DNA from: Balanoglossus misakiensis
Taxonomy: Eukaryota; Animalia; Hemichordata
Direction: 5' to 3'
Assembly (NCBI GenBank): GCA_040954595.2
Contig: CM082597.2
Location: 1,408,886 to 1,472,885, forward strand
Length of the DNA: 64,000 bases
This document shows, one piece after another, positions 1 to 14,303 of this stretch. Each line of letters opens with the position of its first letter. The stretch's first letter is position 1. The notes below the pieces were generated by a model, which saw nothing but the letters and a program-made list of their open reading frames with translations, was not told the origin of the DNA and made no database searches. Position numbers and translations under genes: made by a program.

Positions 1-792
1 TCGTTCACAAGCTGGACCTGTGAATGATTCTTAGATATAGTTAGTTAAATTATACAAAAAACAATATGCTCACAATTTACTCGCTGTTGAAAACCCTAGC
101 ACAGTTTTGTTAATACAATCATGTAGTTACATGACTGTTGGCAAATTGATATGGTGAAATTAGCGGAGTCTAATGTGTATAAAGGTGATCTCGAAGATTA
201 CTTTTTCGGGTTTCTTCTGAGTCGTTCAAATCAAACTTCAATTTACATAGAAGGCAAGACGACATCCTGTCCAGATGGAGAAACAACAACAACAGAAAAT
301 GGTGATCAAACTCATGATGATTACATAACTTTTACTCATTACGCCTGTATGGACTAAGAACATGAATTCTTTTGGGTATACATGTATAATATTAACTGAG
401 TGAGTGATATGCATTACTAATATATAACGAAAATGAATTCAGCCATTAGCAGCATCCGATACTACCAAACGAATCTCGTGCTATGAATAATTCAACAGAC
501 TTTTCTTTATAGTTGTATTAAGTTTACCTCGGTTTCCGTCTGTTCATAGCTTTTTCTGCACTGTTGCTATATAAGGATATTAGGAACTCCTGTGGCTCTT
601 TCCAAAACAATTCCGGTCTAAAATACTACAATGTTATTAAATATTTATGACTTTCCTTCCATTAAAATAGTGAATGAAGGTCAAATACAAACGTGGTAGT
701 ATCATTTTCTAATCGAGGTGGCCAAAATGCCTTCCACTACTTTTTACATATACTTGACGCAATCGTTTTTTGTTTGTCATTAAACTTTAGCA

Positions 793-3382
793 TGTCTACA
801 GACAGTGAATTCCTAACAGATGGCTTGGCTGGCGTTCAGTTGGAAGATGCAAAGGGCAGTGTCGATGGTGAGGGAACTGTCGAAAACAGAGGTATGTTTT
901 ATGTTAATAGTGACATACATTCGCAGTTAGAAATTACAGAATCCACTGGATTTTGCAGTGTGCAACCATTTTATGGGAAGATTGAGACGTTACGTCGGTA
1001 GTCAAAACGTAAACATATACTTTCCACGTGATAATTACGACTAAAGTCATTATTTTATTTGTTTCTCCATAACGGCAACAAAGAGATTAGCAATTTCGAG
1101 CTAAGATATCGTTTAATTGGGTAAAAAATAATCTAAAAAGGAAGCAAGCCTTTCTTCTTTTGCTGGACAATGCCTTAAAAGTGATGAAAGTTGTGTCTAT
1201 TTTGAGGAAGTTTTCCAGATAATTATTTCCTGTCCAAGTAGTGTGCCGTCAAGGACTTCATACATTGTCACTGCCATCTTAGGTGGTCTTTTTAATTACC
1301 AGCAGTCGTTTAACACAACAAGCTGACATGTTTCGTGCACAGGCTTTCTTCACAAGAGAACTTGGCAACATTTTGTCTCCAAAGTCTCCAAACTGTTGTC
1401 TATGACACGGTTAATAAAAACAAAAGTGATATACATATTTAAGTACGTGTATTGTTTGCGGAAATCAGTTTTTCAGTCTGACAGTCATCAGACAAAACGG
1501 TCAACGCAAAATGATCATATACATACATTTGTAAATTGTTGTCTTACCTGTAGATTCGGACAACGCATGCGTTTTCTGTGCCGTGATTGATGACAACTTT
1601 TTGAAACCAGGAATCCGAGATCAACACTATTGGACGGAGTGTCCAATGTTAACTGTCTGCGAAGGGTGCAATCAGGTAAACACTAGAACAAACAGTGAAC
1701 TTCATATGAAGTATTTGGTTTAACAAGGATTGTGTGAATAAATTGTTAGATGGGTGAATGGACATGGGGCCTTGGATAGATAGACAGACAGACAGACATC
1801 AATTCAAGCTAAACGTAAGAAGTCAATAACCCTGGGGTTCACTATGTTCCTCAGGTGGTAGAAATTGCAGAGCTCATGGACCATCGGCTGTCGACATGTG
1901 AGCAAGCGCAGTACGTACAGTGTCCACGGTGCCACGAGGCGATTGAGAGAATCAAACATGCAGGCCACGTGAACGAAAACTCGTGCCCAGGTAGGCAATG
2001 TACTGTGGCAAATTTGAAAGTTTATTTCTGATAGATTTTCTTTGTCACGGAAGAATACATATGTATACCTGCTTGTTACGAAATATTGTTATTTACGAGA
2101 AGAAAATATACATTGCATGTATAAATCAGTGTCAATCAATTTTTGTCAATCAAGGATCAACCAATCAATCAATCAGTCTGTCAGTCATCAATCAATCATC
2201 AATTAAACAGTAATAAACATTCACTTTATCACAGTTGCAATATCGGAGGACGTCGGCAACCGTTGTCCGTTATGTCACGATGACATAGGTTTGGGAGCAG
2301 CAAGCTGGAAGACCCATCTGATGGGCGAGCACGGTTGTCGAAGAAATCCCAGACGGAAACATGGCGAAAGCACCGAGGGTGAAAAGGGTATGGCTGACCT
2401 AGTGACGTCACTTCAAAAATGACCTTTGACCTATCATCATATTGCGTTCTCAAAACATGAAATGCACTTTCGATTTCTATTCTTGAAGCAATCTACCAGC
2501 GAGATGAGTAGGTGGTAGCTTTCAACTTGTGTGGTCTCAATTTCCTTAGATTTCCCCCAAAGATCCTTGCACAATCATTTCCGTGCGCCCAAAGTCTTGC
2601 AAATGGTTTCATTTTCCCGTTCTCCCCATCAGAGACAGCACATGCAGGGGTGCCAGCGACTGCAACCGGGTCTGCAAATGAAAAACCACAGAAACAAGGC
2701 CGAAAGCGGGCATCCATTTCCACCCATCACACCAAAGTGATAAAAGGTAATAATTATTGAAATATGGATGATGAACAATACTGGCTACCGTACAACTTGA
2801 ATTTGTGTAAAGATAACATATGAAAAGCTATTCTGTACAATCGCAGAAACTATGATAACGTAAAATTTTGTCAATTACAGTATATCATGACATTTCCTTA
2901 AAAATCTTTGTCTTATCAAGGCCAACACAAAGAGGAGAACAAAATGGCCGACCGGAAATCAAAGGAAACATCTCACCACTATGCGAGCCAAGAAAAGAAA
3001 GGCGACTCAAAGACAAAGAAGACTGGAATCAACAAAACAAGTATGTTAATATGTTAGTAATAACATTGTTAATTGGATCTATCTTAAAACACGCTCATTT
3101 TCTCCATAAATAATCTTCAAGCGGACTTTTTTTCTATGGGACGGATCACCCATGGCGCAAGGTTACTCAAGGTTTTGTGATTCGGCGGAAGTACCGTGTC
3201 AGAATACAGCATGGTCGTTGCACGGTGTTTGAATGTTCTATTCTTACCCCCCCCCCCTAGCGACAGCCTCCACAAAGGTTAATGGGAAGACTGCCGAGAA
3301 GAAAGGGAAGTCTGTAACCGGGGCAACCACTGCCAGCAAAGCAACATTTCACAAACGACGAAATTCATCCGGTGGAAAATAA
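793..3382 (+). CDS. Spliced gene (possibly 5'-incomplete) encoding a CEP104-like C-terminal zinc-finger array plus Lys-rich tail
   Basis: Exons ~791-891, 1554-1675, 1855-1990, 2235-2387, 2633-2746, ~2921-3040, 3261-3382 splice in frame: DNACVFCAVIDDNF..DQHYWTECPMLTVCEGCNQ|VVEIAELMDHRLSTC..CPRCHEAI..|NRCPLCHDDIGLGAASWKTHLMGEHGC. This matches the remembered CEP104 ZnF pattern (CIFC..HYWKHC..C..CKQVVEI..CPLCH..WKAHLMG..GC). An AG acceptor precedes the ATG at 793, so the gene may start upstream. Confidence 0.75.
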
Positions 3383-6300
3383 CTGAGGTAGGTCACTGAA
3401 CTACCTCCAATAGTTTTGGCTCATCAGTGGTCTCGAGGAGAAAAGAAAGAGTGTGGATTAATCTGCTGCATTTTGATGTTGTTATTTATTTGTACATTTT
3501 CTCCAACAGACATAACTGACGACATCGTCGCCACGAAACCGATGTAGCGCCCTCTATCGGAAGGACTACTTTCCTTTGACGTTCAATGACTCGCTCATGG
3601 ACCACGGATGAAATGGGTATTATTATTCAGTTTAGTGTTTCTTCTGTCATATTTCCAAACATGATTAATGTAATACAGCTAAGGTGAATAAGTATATGTT
3701 TGATAATTTATCGTAAATTTGTTTGGACCATCAGCCATCAGTTTAGTTCATTGGACTCCCTAAGTAGTCAAATTCTCACTAATTTTGCCACTTCGGTGGG
3801 TGATCAAAATCTCCTGTTGTCGACAGAATTTCAAGATGGCGGATATATGCTGTGTGATGAGAGTTTAGACGCTAAATTAGAGTTCGGTCACGATGGAATA
3901 TTGTAGGTAGGTTGGAAACGGCCGAAAAAAAATAAAAATTAGGTTTTCGACACTAGGAAAATAGATAAAACTACTCAAGTTCACGCGTGAATTTTTGTAA
4001 AAATCTTTTTCGGGGTATGTGGGTGTGAAGTGGAATTGTACTTCTAAATTATTTTTCACGTATTTTGGCCCAATTGAGTTTCTTAGAATGTCCCCGTTTA
4101 TCTATAAGTACTTTCTGGGGTCTGGTTTCAAAAAGAGAGGTGCATGTCTTTAAGTTATGTTGTGGAATTCTATTAAAACTAAAAATGCATGGAATGCTCC
4201 GTTGTGTTCTTTACCGTGCAAATAAAACCTCAGGGATAGTGGCTTTCCATCAATACACACAGCAAACAATCCACCAAAGCAAACTTTATTAGTGTATCCG
4301 CCTTGGGTTTGATATTCTGACACTTCTAGCCCTCAGCATAGCTCCATGCTGATGAAACTGCAAGATGAAACTGGAGGAAAGGTTTCCGATCAAAAACTGT
4401 TCTAAAACCTTGATTTCGAAGTTGTGCAAGTTGAAACTCGAACATATTCTGCTTTTTGCTGGATATGTTTATTTTGTGCACCAACTATAACCATTGACAG
4501 TCTACTGTCTATGCTAAAACAGCCACTGAAAACTTCCTCTTTCGAAACACAAGAACCAGTTAATTTTCACAGACGATGATCAGGCGATCGTCCATTCGTG
4601 ACAAATTTAGACGCCAGCAGTTATCCAATCATGGTTATGCGAAGAGGCGCGAACCTGTTTCGTGGTACAGTAGATTTTGAATAGACTAGAACTAAAGAAA
4701 AGCGCACAGCTTGGGGCGAAATTCCTCATTTTAGTGTTAACATAACATAACATGATCAACCAATTTGCATTTACAGACAATGCAAGCGCACTGTTTTTAT
4801 GCCCACTTCAGAGCCAAGACAAACGACCCATTGAATTCCGTGAATCGAATGAACAAGGCATTCTTGAAGGGGAAATCTCACTTGCGTGTTGTTTTTGAAT
4901 CTAATTAGTGTCGGCGTGGCGTTACTTTTATATTGAAAGTATCGACCAAGGTCACTCCAACGTGGAGTGAGCGTATATGGACGTGACGAGAGAGAGAGAG
5001 TTTGGCTGTGATGCAGAGTGCTGAACGAACTGAACTGCAAGCTAGCTATCTCTGTCAATAATCACAGCTGTAATTGCATGGTTTGGGGGAATGGGTCATG
5101 TCAGCTGCAATGATTGTAACAGCTGTTCACTAGTACTGCAGACACCAGTCAACGTAGCAGCATCAGCTACAATCATTGCAGCTAGGGTCGTGTCTGATCA
5201 TATCCCGTGCAAAAGTCATAAAGGCTAATGAAAGCAAACACATCAGGGAAAAACAGTTTTTCTTTCTTTACTGAAAGATTGAATCTCCGGCTTATTGTTG
5301 TACGGACGGGGCATGGAATAGAGAGAGAGGGGGGGGGGAGATATCACTAGAACCATATCCATTGTTCGTTATTTTCGTAAAATTCTCTAAATTCTCTAAA
5401 TGTAACACAAACAATAAGGCTAATTGCTGACTTATTGTATTTCGAGACAACAATAATGTTTATGATTTATGAATTATTTATTATGGCTTTAAAAATATAA
5501 AACACAATGGTCGTTGTTGAAACATCCGCTGTTTTGATAATTAATTATTGAACAACAATGACTGGAATGGATGAACTATCAAAACACAGATTCTTGCACT
5601 GATTGATGGATGACTCTACACCTATCTACTGTATTCTGCATCGTTGATCATTTCACCAACTTTCTTTTTATGTTTCATTCTGTAAAAATATCCTTAAATT
5701 GTTTGTGTTTTTGTCAACCCAAGTGGTAGTCTGGGTGGTCCAACATTTACAGAAATGACAGAATCTTGTCGTCTGAACCATTTTGGTGGCTCTATCATTT
5801 TCTTAATCGGGCATAAATCCCATCATAGGTTGTTGAATAATTACATGGCTCATATCGTTTGATGACCGTCCATTCGACTACTTAGTGTAGGCTCATCAAA
5901 CTAGCTTATGGAGAACACAAACGATTTTGTAGTTTTATTTGTTCAATGACCCGCCATAAAATGTTTTTTTTTTCTGGTTGTTCACAATGATTATGAAAAG
6001 TCTCAAATGCCCTTATAGACGTTACGTGATAATCATATTAGAATACATGTATACTGTTATCAGTCGTGTTAATGACTGAGGATTTATTTCTATAATTTCA
6101 AAAATTCTGCAAATCACTGCTGATCCGTTTGAATGTAAGCATTCAAGGCCTTATTCTTTTCGACGGGTCTGTCATTGTTCGTTAATTAGATTAACTTATA
6201 TAAACTTGTAATTCTCGTGGGTTTTGTGTTTTCAAATGAAATGGTGACAATAGTACATTTGTGGAGAAATCGTGATAAATGTTCATTGACCATGCAATGT

Positions 6301-9256
6301 TGTGGCATGATTCTGTCCACCGGGAGCCAGTCAAAGTGGAATATGAACAGCTATATAGAAACAATGGATGTAGACTCTATCAATTGAAATCTGCATGGCA
6401 TATTGGGGAACAAAGTTCACTTGACCTGTCATGAGTCAGGTGACCACGCCCTCTTGTCCACTGACTGCATGCTCCATCTAATAATGAATAAACACGGTCT
6501 GTCCATCTGGCAAGACAATAGCGTATGGCCAACCTGTGGTCTTACAATACCGTTCCGTTGGTGTTTTTCTTGGGTGACGTCGATATTTGTCGCAGAGGTA
6601 CAAAAATACCCCTGAAATATCACACGAGAAGATACAGAGAGGAGGGAGAGAGAGATCCCCTAAATAATACGCTCTTCCATCGTTTGTACCGAACTTACTT
6701 TATTTCTTATCGGACGTCATGGTTAAGTATCCCCGAAGTTAGGGGGTGATCCCCCGGGGTGATATGACCAGGGGTGATATGTATAAACATGGCAACAACT
6801 GGCAGCTATTTACAGTAAAAGTGAATAACACTTTTATACACATCGACCTTGCGCTACAAGACATTTTGTGACGTTGGCATGTGACCCATTTATATACCTT
6901 CCTACTCAGTGTACGTGTTACGTAACGCTTCAGCGAAACGGTCTCACACAAAGGGGGACAATTGCCTTTAGTTAATTCACACGACAACGAGTGGTGCTTT
7001 CCCTTTCAGACTGATAGAGGATTCCTTTCTTACGCATCTTATGAATAAACATGAGTACGACCAGCCTCGTTTTCATAAAGGTTTCTTAGCTGTCCCCCGT
7101 GCATTCAGTTCTTCTCCAACGTGCAACGCAACAGGCCGTACTCCCACGCGAGAACACCCACCGGCGAATTTTGGAGAACGTTTCCTCCGAAAAAGACAGC
7201 CAGAAGACTTGAACTGAACTTGAAGTCTAGTATTAACAGGGTCGGGAGTTTATCGGGACACCCAAGGAAAGTCAGTTTATCCTGTAAGTTGGACAAGTTT
7301 TATTTTTTTCATTATGTCGGTTTCGCCAGCCTCCTCGATGTGTGCGGGTTGCCATCTTTTCACCTGTTGTTCGAAGCTCGTTGCTGTACCGGTATCGACC
7401 ACACAACTTTGACTGGTATCTTCTCGTTTCCAGATATTGTTCGGACCGACAACCACACCCACTGAATGGTTCACTAGAGGGTCTACAGCGAAATATTTTA
7501 TTTTGGTGTGAATTAGTTTAGGTAAGTCTCAAGTTTTGCGAACATTTCGACACACGTATCGAAGTTTCAGTTTCCCACTCCACGTATGCACGGACTTCCC
7601 GTTCTCCTACGAGTAACGCGCAGACAGTAGATCGTGCAATCTGAGAAACTCGAGCTTTTAAAAATACTCCTTTCGACATGTAATGCCAAATTTTATGTTC
7701 ATTCGTCTCTATGGCAACAGATCCGTAAAAAGAAATATTTAGTGGAGATTAAGACAGTAAAATATTATAACCCAGGATAAGTCTCCCTGATCACACTTTA
7801 TCATCATCGGATGTTTATGGTTGTAAAATTTACGATGTTCCCTCGTGACGTAATTGAAATGTCTTTTAGTTTCTAATTGGGGAACAAATTATTCGCGTTT
7901 GAAATTCGCCGTGGGGGCAGTGAAAGTGGTCTTTACGTAACGACAAAATCTGCCGTCTTTGGACCCGCCCTTTTTTGTAGATGAAATTGAAGTGTGAATC
8001 ATCGGACCTGACATTGAATCGCACAGGTGGCCCGCCCCGCCCCAGTCAGTGACCCCGCCTGTTGCTGTGTATCACTTTCAGCTTCAGCCTACCCCCCCCC
8101 CCCCTTCCCTCGCCTAGGATCAAGCTCCGACACAGCGACCATGGTGTTTTTGTTTCGGATTGTAATCCGTGATTATTACTCGATTGTTTCGTGGTTTCTG
8201 AACCTTTGCCAAAGTGTCCATTTTCTATTGCCGCAATGCTTGTGTTGGCTCTGGCTTTGAATGTTCTCGGTAAATCCTATGCTGAAAGTACAATGGGGCC
8301 TCTTCATTAGAAGGCAGTAGTTTTGTTAATGAAAGTAAGATGCTCTCTTCAGAGAATAAGCGAGCAAAAAGTGATCTATATCTGCAGATTCAATCCTCTG
8401 CATTTGTCAATTAATATTACGATATGCCATTTGCCAAAAATCTGCCAATCATCGCTTCAAACTAGTAGTATAATTACACATCGGGCCAGGTGGTGGTAGA
8501 CTGACGTCATACACTTCAGGTTAATTCACCTGTTCATAAATTTACAGGCCCTTCTAAACCACGCATTCGACCAGGAGCTGTTATAATTTCTACAATATGC
8601 ACATCACTAATCAGCGTTTACCCACCCCACCCGGTGGTTCTCAAAATTCACAAGTGTTAATGTGCACCCGCATAACATCCAACAATATTCCACCATCTCC
8701 GCCACCTTTACAAAGCAAGAGCTTAACTAGCTGTTAAAAGAATATTAATGTCTGTCGCTCTCGAAAGAGCCACGACGCAAGTTTCAAGATTTTCTTTTCC
8801 ATGTTGACAACCACCGTGACGACTTTTTCGATAAACCCTCTATTCAAGTTCTGTGAACTGTGAATTTCACGGGTAATTATCGCGGTATTTCAACAGAAAA
8901 TCGATGACAAAACACCAAGACAAAATTATGTCGAAAATGCGCTCAATGTTTGCCGTTTGGCGACTTCTTTCATGGTTGTTTCAACCCCATTGTATCATTA
9001 TGCCAATTTTCGATGAATGTGCTTTGAACTGGACTCTGTACGAAACCTTGTGTTAAAGTGCTTCTGTCCCAAGATGGAAGCAGGGAGCTCCACAATCAAC
9101 TCTTGAACAGGCAATTAAACATACTGTCCATAAGGGCCCTGATCGGATTCCAGTTACTAATTTTGCAATTCGATTTCTTTTATCTTTCAGGGTTTACGTT
9201 TATAATTTGGACCATTTGTTTTCTGTTTGAACGAATATTCGGTACCTCTTCACGAT

Positions 9257-12200
9257 ATGGTCTCTGTTAATATGCGCACAGTGCGAAAAATGCTGAAATC
9301 TCGCGTGATCCTGTTGTTGATGTTACTGTCCGTTATATCTTTCCTCCACCTGATGTTGAACGGAAACTTCCACATTGAAGTGTCGTCGACCAAACCAACA
9401 GAACCGCCGAAACCAAAGGTATGTTATTGCAATTCTTAATTCCTTAAAGGGGTTATATTTTAAACTAGAGTATACAACAAATAACACATTTCTTCGGGGA
9501 GTCAATTCAACACTGTCCAGTTCTCCCATCGGCCCACAATGCACTGCGAACTATCAAGCGCTGTTTACTTCCGGGTCAGAAAGTTGCAGAGTTTTCAATC
9601 GCGTTAGTATAGAGGCACTAGTCTTTCAGTTTCTCGTAGGACTTAAGCTAATCTCACAACAATTGAGATGACAACCTGTTTTATCGGGGATTACATGGTT
9701 TTCCTTATAAACTACTTCAGAGTAACGGCGAGAATCTTTGTATACTCTGATGTTTCAATCATCAGTTCTGTGTTACATGCATGTTTTATATAACCTTTGC
9801 AACGATTTGACATGTTGAATTTCACGTCCCTACGACATATTTCGTTTGTTCATCTCACCTGGTCTATCAATTTCAAATTATGGCCTTCTTGTATAACTTC
9901 GTTCAAGTCGACGTTCTTGAGTGACAGGTCGTCGACCTTTTACGTGATGTTCCAAATAATTGTTGGGCAGCAGGTCCCTGAGAATGTCGAATGGTATCTG
10001 CATTCATAGACACCTGTGGATGCCAGAATGATGGTACCCTATCGAAATCAATATATGCATGCACTGCAACGTACATATGTCACATTCCTTAGGGGCTTTA
10101 ACCACATGTTTTGCATTCTCACACTTCAAAGCGAAAGCAACAGTTGGTGTTTTCTCATCATGGTAATTTAAAAAGGGCTAAAAGCCTTTGGAATTCCCTT
10201 TCGAATCTAAATTAGCGGTGGCTGTGCTGAAAAGCAGTAGAATTAAATGGTCGTAAAGTTTTGAATGGCGTAATTGATCCGACAAATCGATCAAGATAAT
10301 TAACTTTTCTCTTTGATTTGATTTCCGAAACTCGATACAACGGTGGTATGGTAATCACTCTTTCATGTAACTTCCGAAAGTTGACTACTCTTAAGTTTTA
10401 TGATTTGCGTGTTTTTCTTCATCAGATTTGCTATTTATATTTCCAAAGCCCTCTGTAAAACTGAACTATCTATAAACTGCATCAAAAAGTCACTATGGCG
10501 TGGACACATATTGCTGAAACTTTTATAGTAGAGGTCGTGGCAGAAAATAGAAAATCTTGCGATAGGACTGCACTGCTTTAGCGTAACTAAACGGGTCAAC
10601 TCTCGAGATGGGGGGGGGGGAGAGGGCAACCAACGCCCACCTCTGTCCTTCACGAACAAACTCGTCATCAAGATACAATCGATAACCGATGAACGCAAGT
10701 CGCATTCCGCGCGGATTAAGACAACCAGATCGTGCTGTGCTGTAAATTAGTCTCTCTAAATGTTGCCTTTCATTTAGGATTGCCGTCGTATTCAATAATT
10801 CCACATCGATTTTTGAATACAATGTCCTTTAAATTCGAGATGGTGGGAGATCCAGTGTAGTGTTCAATAACACAGGCGGGTGGTTTGGACGCCAGTATAT
10901 CAATGCAAATTAAACAACTCTATAGGTGTGCAATAGTTATACTAAACATAATGGAGATGTGTCTATACAAAGTACATGTAGTAAGACGCCTTGTCTAGCC
11001 CTTCGTCGTCGTCCGCTCTCACAGGTCGTTGGCACGACCACAGTCCCCTTGACAGGCGAAGATGGGCCTTCGTATACCATTTGGGTTGAATGACATGAAA
11101 TCTTTGTTATTTTGACAATTGCTGTATTGAAAGCAAGGTCTACCTTATGTGTAAAGGCGATTTGAAGGAAAAACCAACTACATTTTTATAAGTTATGCTT
11201 GAGTCCCAAGTTGAAAAACCTTTGGGTCATTGTTATGTTAGACAATGGTATACTGTGACGATTAACATTGATACTGAGAGTGCCTGGAAACGGGCCAGAT
11301 GCAATCAGGCTAAAAAGAATAAAATGACATCTGCGTTTATCTGTTCCGTTGTCTATTGTCAACCGTAATGACTTGCTTATCTTACGAGGTTTCAGGTAAA
11401 TTAGGGCAGTTAATTGCCACGTAACCACAGACATCTTTATTCAGTATGGCTGAATCGTTTCTGAAGCGTCTAAACAACGCACGGTGGCGCTCTTTTTGGC
11501 TGATTCTAATACAAAACTTTCTGTCTTTATTTTTTTTCAGGCTTTAAGGCCAATATCACAATTTTTCGAGAAAGACCAACCGCATTTCGGAAACAGCAAA
11601 AACCGCTACCTATTTCCACTGTACGACATCTTCGATGGTGGACCCAACTGGGCCTTTTCGATGTTTAGAGTCGGCGCCCATCTTGCCCTATACCAGAACA
11701 GGAGTGTAGTCACCGTGCCGTTCCGCGTTCACGACAGACTTCAAGAAAACGTGATTTTCCAACTGAAGACGGTGGAGGAAACTCTCGACGTGGATGATCT
11801 GAAGAAAGTTGTACCGGTGGCCACGGTTGAAGAGTTCTACAATGCTTGCAACGATTCCCTGAACGATCTGGAGAGAAAGATTATGGAGCATATATTGAAC
11901 GAGGATATGGAAAACAGCAAACGATTCTGGGGAATGTTTTACGCCCTCGACGAGCTCCGTAAGTCCTACCCGCCTAAGGTGGTTGTCAACTGGGAGGACC
12001 CCAAGGAGAAACACGAACTCTTCCTGAAGGAGACAGCCGATGTGCGATGTCTACTCATCTCCAAAAGTGAAGACATTGTCCCCCTGATAACGCCCTATCA
12101 TGAAGAAATTGACAACTACATAGACAAGCATTTTATCTGGTCGTCTTACATCCGTAAAATGGTCGACCCGATCTTTGACAAAATTTGCGACGGTCAAGAT

Positions 12201-14303
12201 TTTGCGGTCGTGCACTGGAGAAACAGGACAGGTGAAAAGTAAGTAAAGTCACGTGATAGTTCTGTTTTCTTGAACAATGCATGATGGGTACCACAAGGTG
12301 AAAAGGGTTGAGATGTATGTATATGTTATATTTGGCACAGGCTCGCGATTTTCTAACTAACCACATGACTTCTCATTCTTTACTTGCCGAGGTATTTGTA
12401 AAGAAACTTGATTTCTTGTCTCTTGCTGTCTTATTTTTTCAACACATCTTACGTGTCACAAACTGTGAGCTTGACGCCTGGGGTGCACCGCTTCATCGTT
12501 GAGGCCGGTGTCTTTGTAGGGGTACAGTTGGTTCCATTAACTGGTGAATGTTTATGAAATGAGTGTTTTGAAGTCATCAGTAGCTCTTGTTTATCAGCCA
12601 TCGCAAAGTCAACTTGAAAAGTCGCTTGGTAAACTTGAGATGCAAATTCTCTTTTCAGCCCAATAGGGGAATGTAGCAAAATCGCTCGGTAAACGTGTGA
12701 TGTAACAGTCTTTTTCTTTATAATGGGTTGTGCGTGGCGGGTCTGTGTACAAAGAAGCGTTAAGTGCGAGCGAGGCCAGTTCACACAAAAGTGTGTTATG
12801 AGATCACCTTGGGCTAACATCCATCAACAACTATCCAAAAGGAACAACAACTTGAAGCAAGAGACAAATATATCCCCCCTCCCGTGTGTGTACCATAATT
12901 TTGTGCGATCTCACGAGATGACGTTTATGTGATCTACGACATCACACGCGCACCCCATGTGAACATTTTAGCGAACAAACTTTACCAAAATGAGGGTCGG
13001 CAATAAATTGTCGTCTGCTGTAAATAAGGATGGTGACAGCAGACGACAAAATGTGTCCAACTAGCTTGCGAAATCTTGTCCTAGTTTCCAGCGGTCTGCG
13101 TCTTTGACACCACGGCCAGTGACCCCGTTTCATTTCCCTTGAGAAATAATCCCTGTTGTATAATTTCACTTCATGCTTTCACTCTTCAATACAAAGGGCA
13201 TTGTGCATCGCCTGTCGCCTTGAAATGTTTCATGCTGGGTGGCTTTGGCAGATTAAGTTCAACAATAAACGTCTGTTGCATTGGGAAACGAAAGTGCCTA
13301 CGCATTTTCACACTAATTCAAAATTCTACTTTCAAACCGTTATGTTATTCTATTCGCTGCTGAGATGTTCACATTTGCTTGTTACTTCTACACTTGTATA
13401 AGAAAAATATGAGAACATCTTGAATCTAAATATTTGTGGGTGCACACCAAAATGAGTGTGCGCAATTTGTCGATTGATTGCAGTGTACTTAATTATGGAC
13501 GCCATTTTGTCTTTTTCAGCTGCATAGCTGGTAGCAACTGGGCGCCAAATATCTGCAAAGAAAAAGAACAAGCCGAAGTGAAAGCACTGATTGGACTCTC
13601 AGAGCAGATAGCTCGTTCCATAGCAGACTACGTCAAAGCTCTGAATTACAAATGTATTTACATCTCATATCCGCCGTTTGAACAGGTAACCTAGTCAGTT
13701 TTAGATTTATTTGATGACATTTTTTATCAAATCTGTCGAAATGATACATTTGGTCGTGTACGCCGTACAGGTTTTTAATGTGGAACAACCCTAACTGTAC
13801 TTCCTGACTTTTAACTTTCATCACTTTTCAGGACCTAATACACAGACTTGATAATCTTGTACCGAAGATTTTTTCACTGAGGGACGTTTATAAAATGTCA
13901 CCCGAGATCACCAGTCACAAAGATGATCTTTACATTATATCCATGGTGGAACAAGAAATCTCTCTCAGTGAGTATTACGTATTGACCTTTGAACTAAATA
14001 TGGCTGCTGCATGGAAAATGAACCAAACATCGCCCTCACCCGTCAAGACAGACCCAATGTGACAAAATCAAGTGTATTTTGTCTAACTAAAATTTTGGAG
14101 GTATGGTATGAAAATATAATTAAGCAGAGGTCTCTTATAAAGTCTTTTTTTCATTACTACTTTCAGGAGCGGACTTTTTCATCGGTTGGCGGGTGTCAAG
14201 TTGGTCTGGTATTGTCGCCAGAATGAGGGACGCCAAAAACAGACCACGTGATGTATTGTCGGTACTTCCTGGTATGCCGAAAGAGCTTGAGCAGTTTGAG
14301 TAA
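9257..14303 (+). CDS. O-fucosyltransferase family (POFUT-like, GT-B fold) type II membrane protein
   Basis: Exons 9257-9418 (signal anchor VILLLMLLSVISFLHLML), 11541-12239, ~13520-13685, ~13831-13968, 14167-14303. Motifs YQNRSVVTVPF, FAVVHWRNR, IYISYP and MVEQEISLRADFFIGWRVSSWS resemble the O-FucT motifs LNRTLVLPP, AVHLRR, VFIAT and IDQWIC..ARFFIGT..STFS. Confidence 0.75.

Noticed and set aside
7105-7474. Overlapping short ORFs on both strands
   Set aside because: No recognisable motif or consistent splice partners; may be UTR or repeat remnant.
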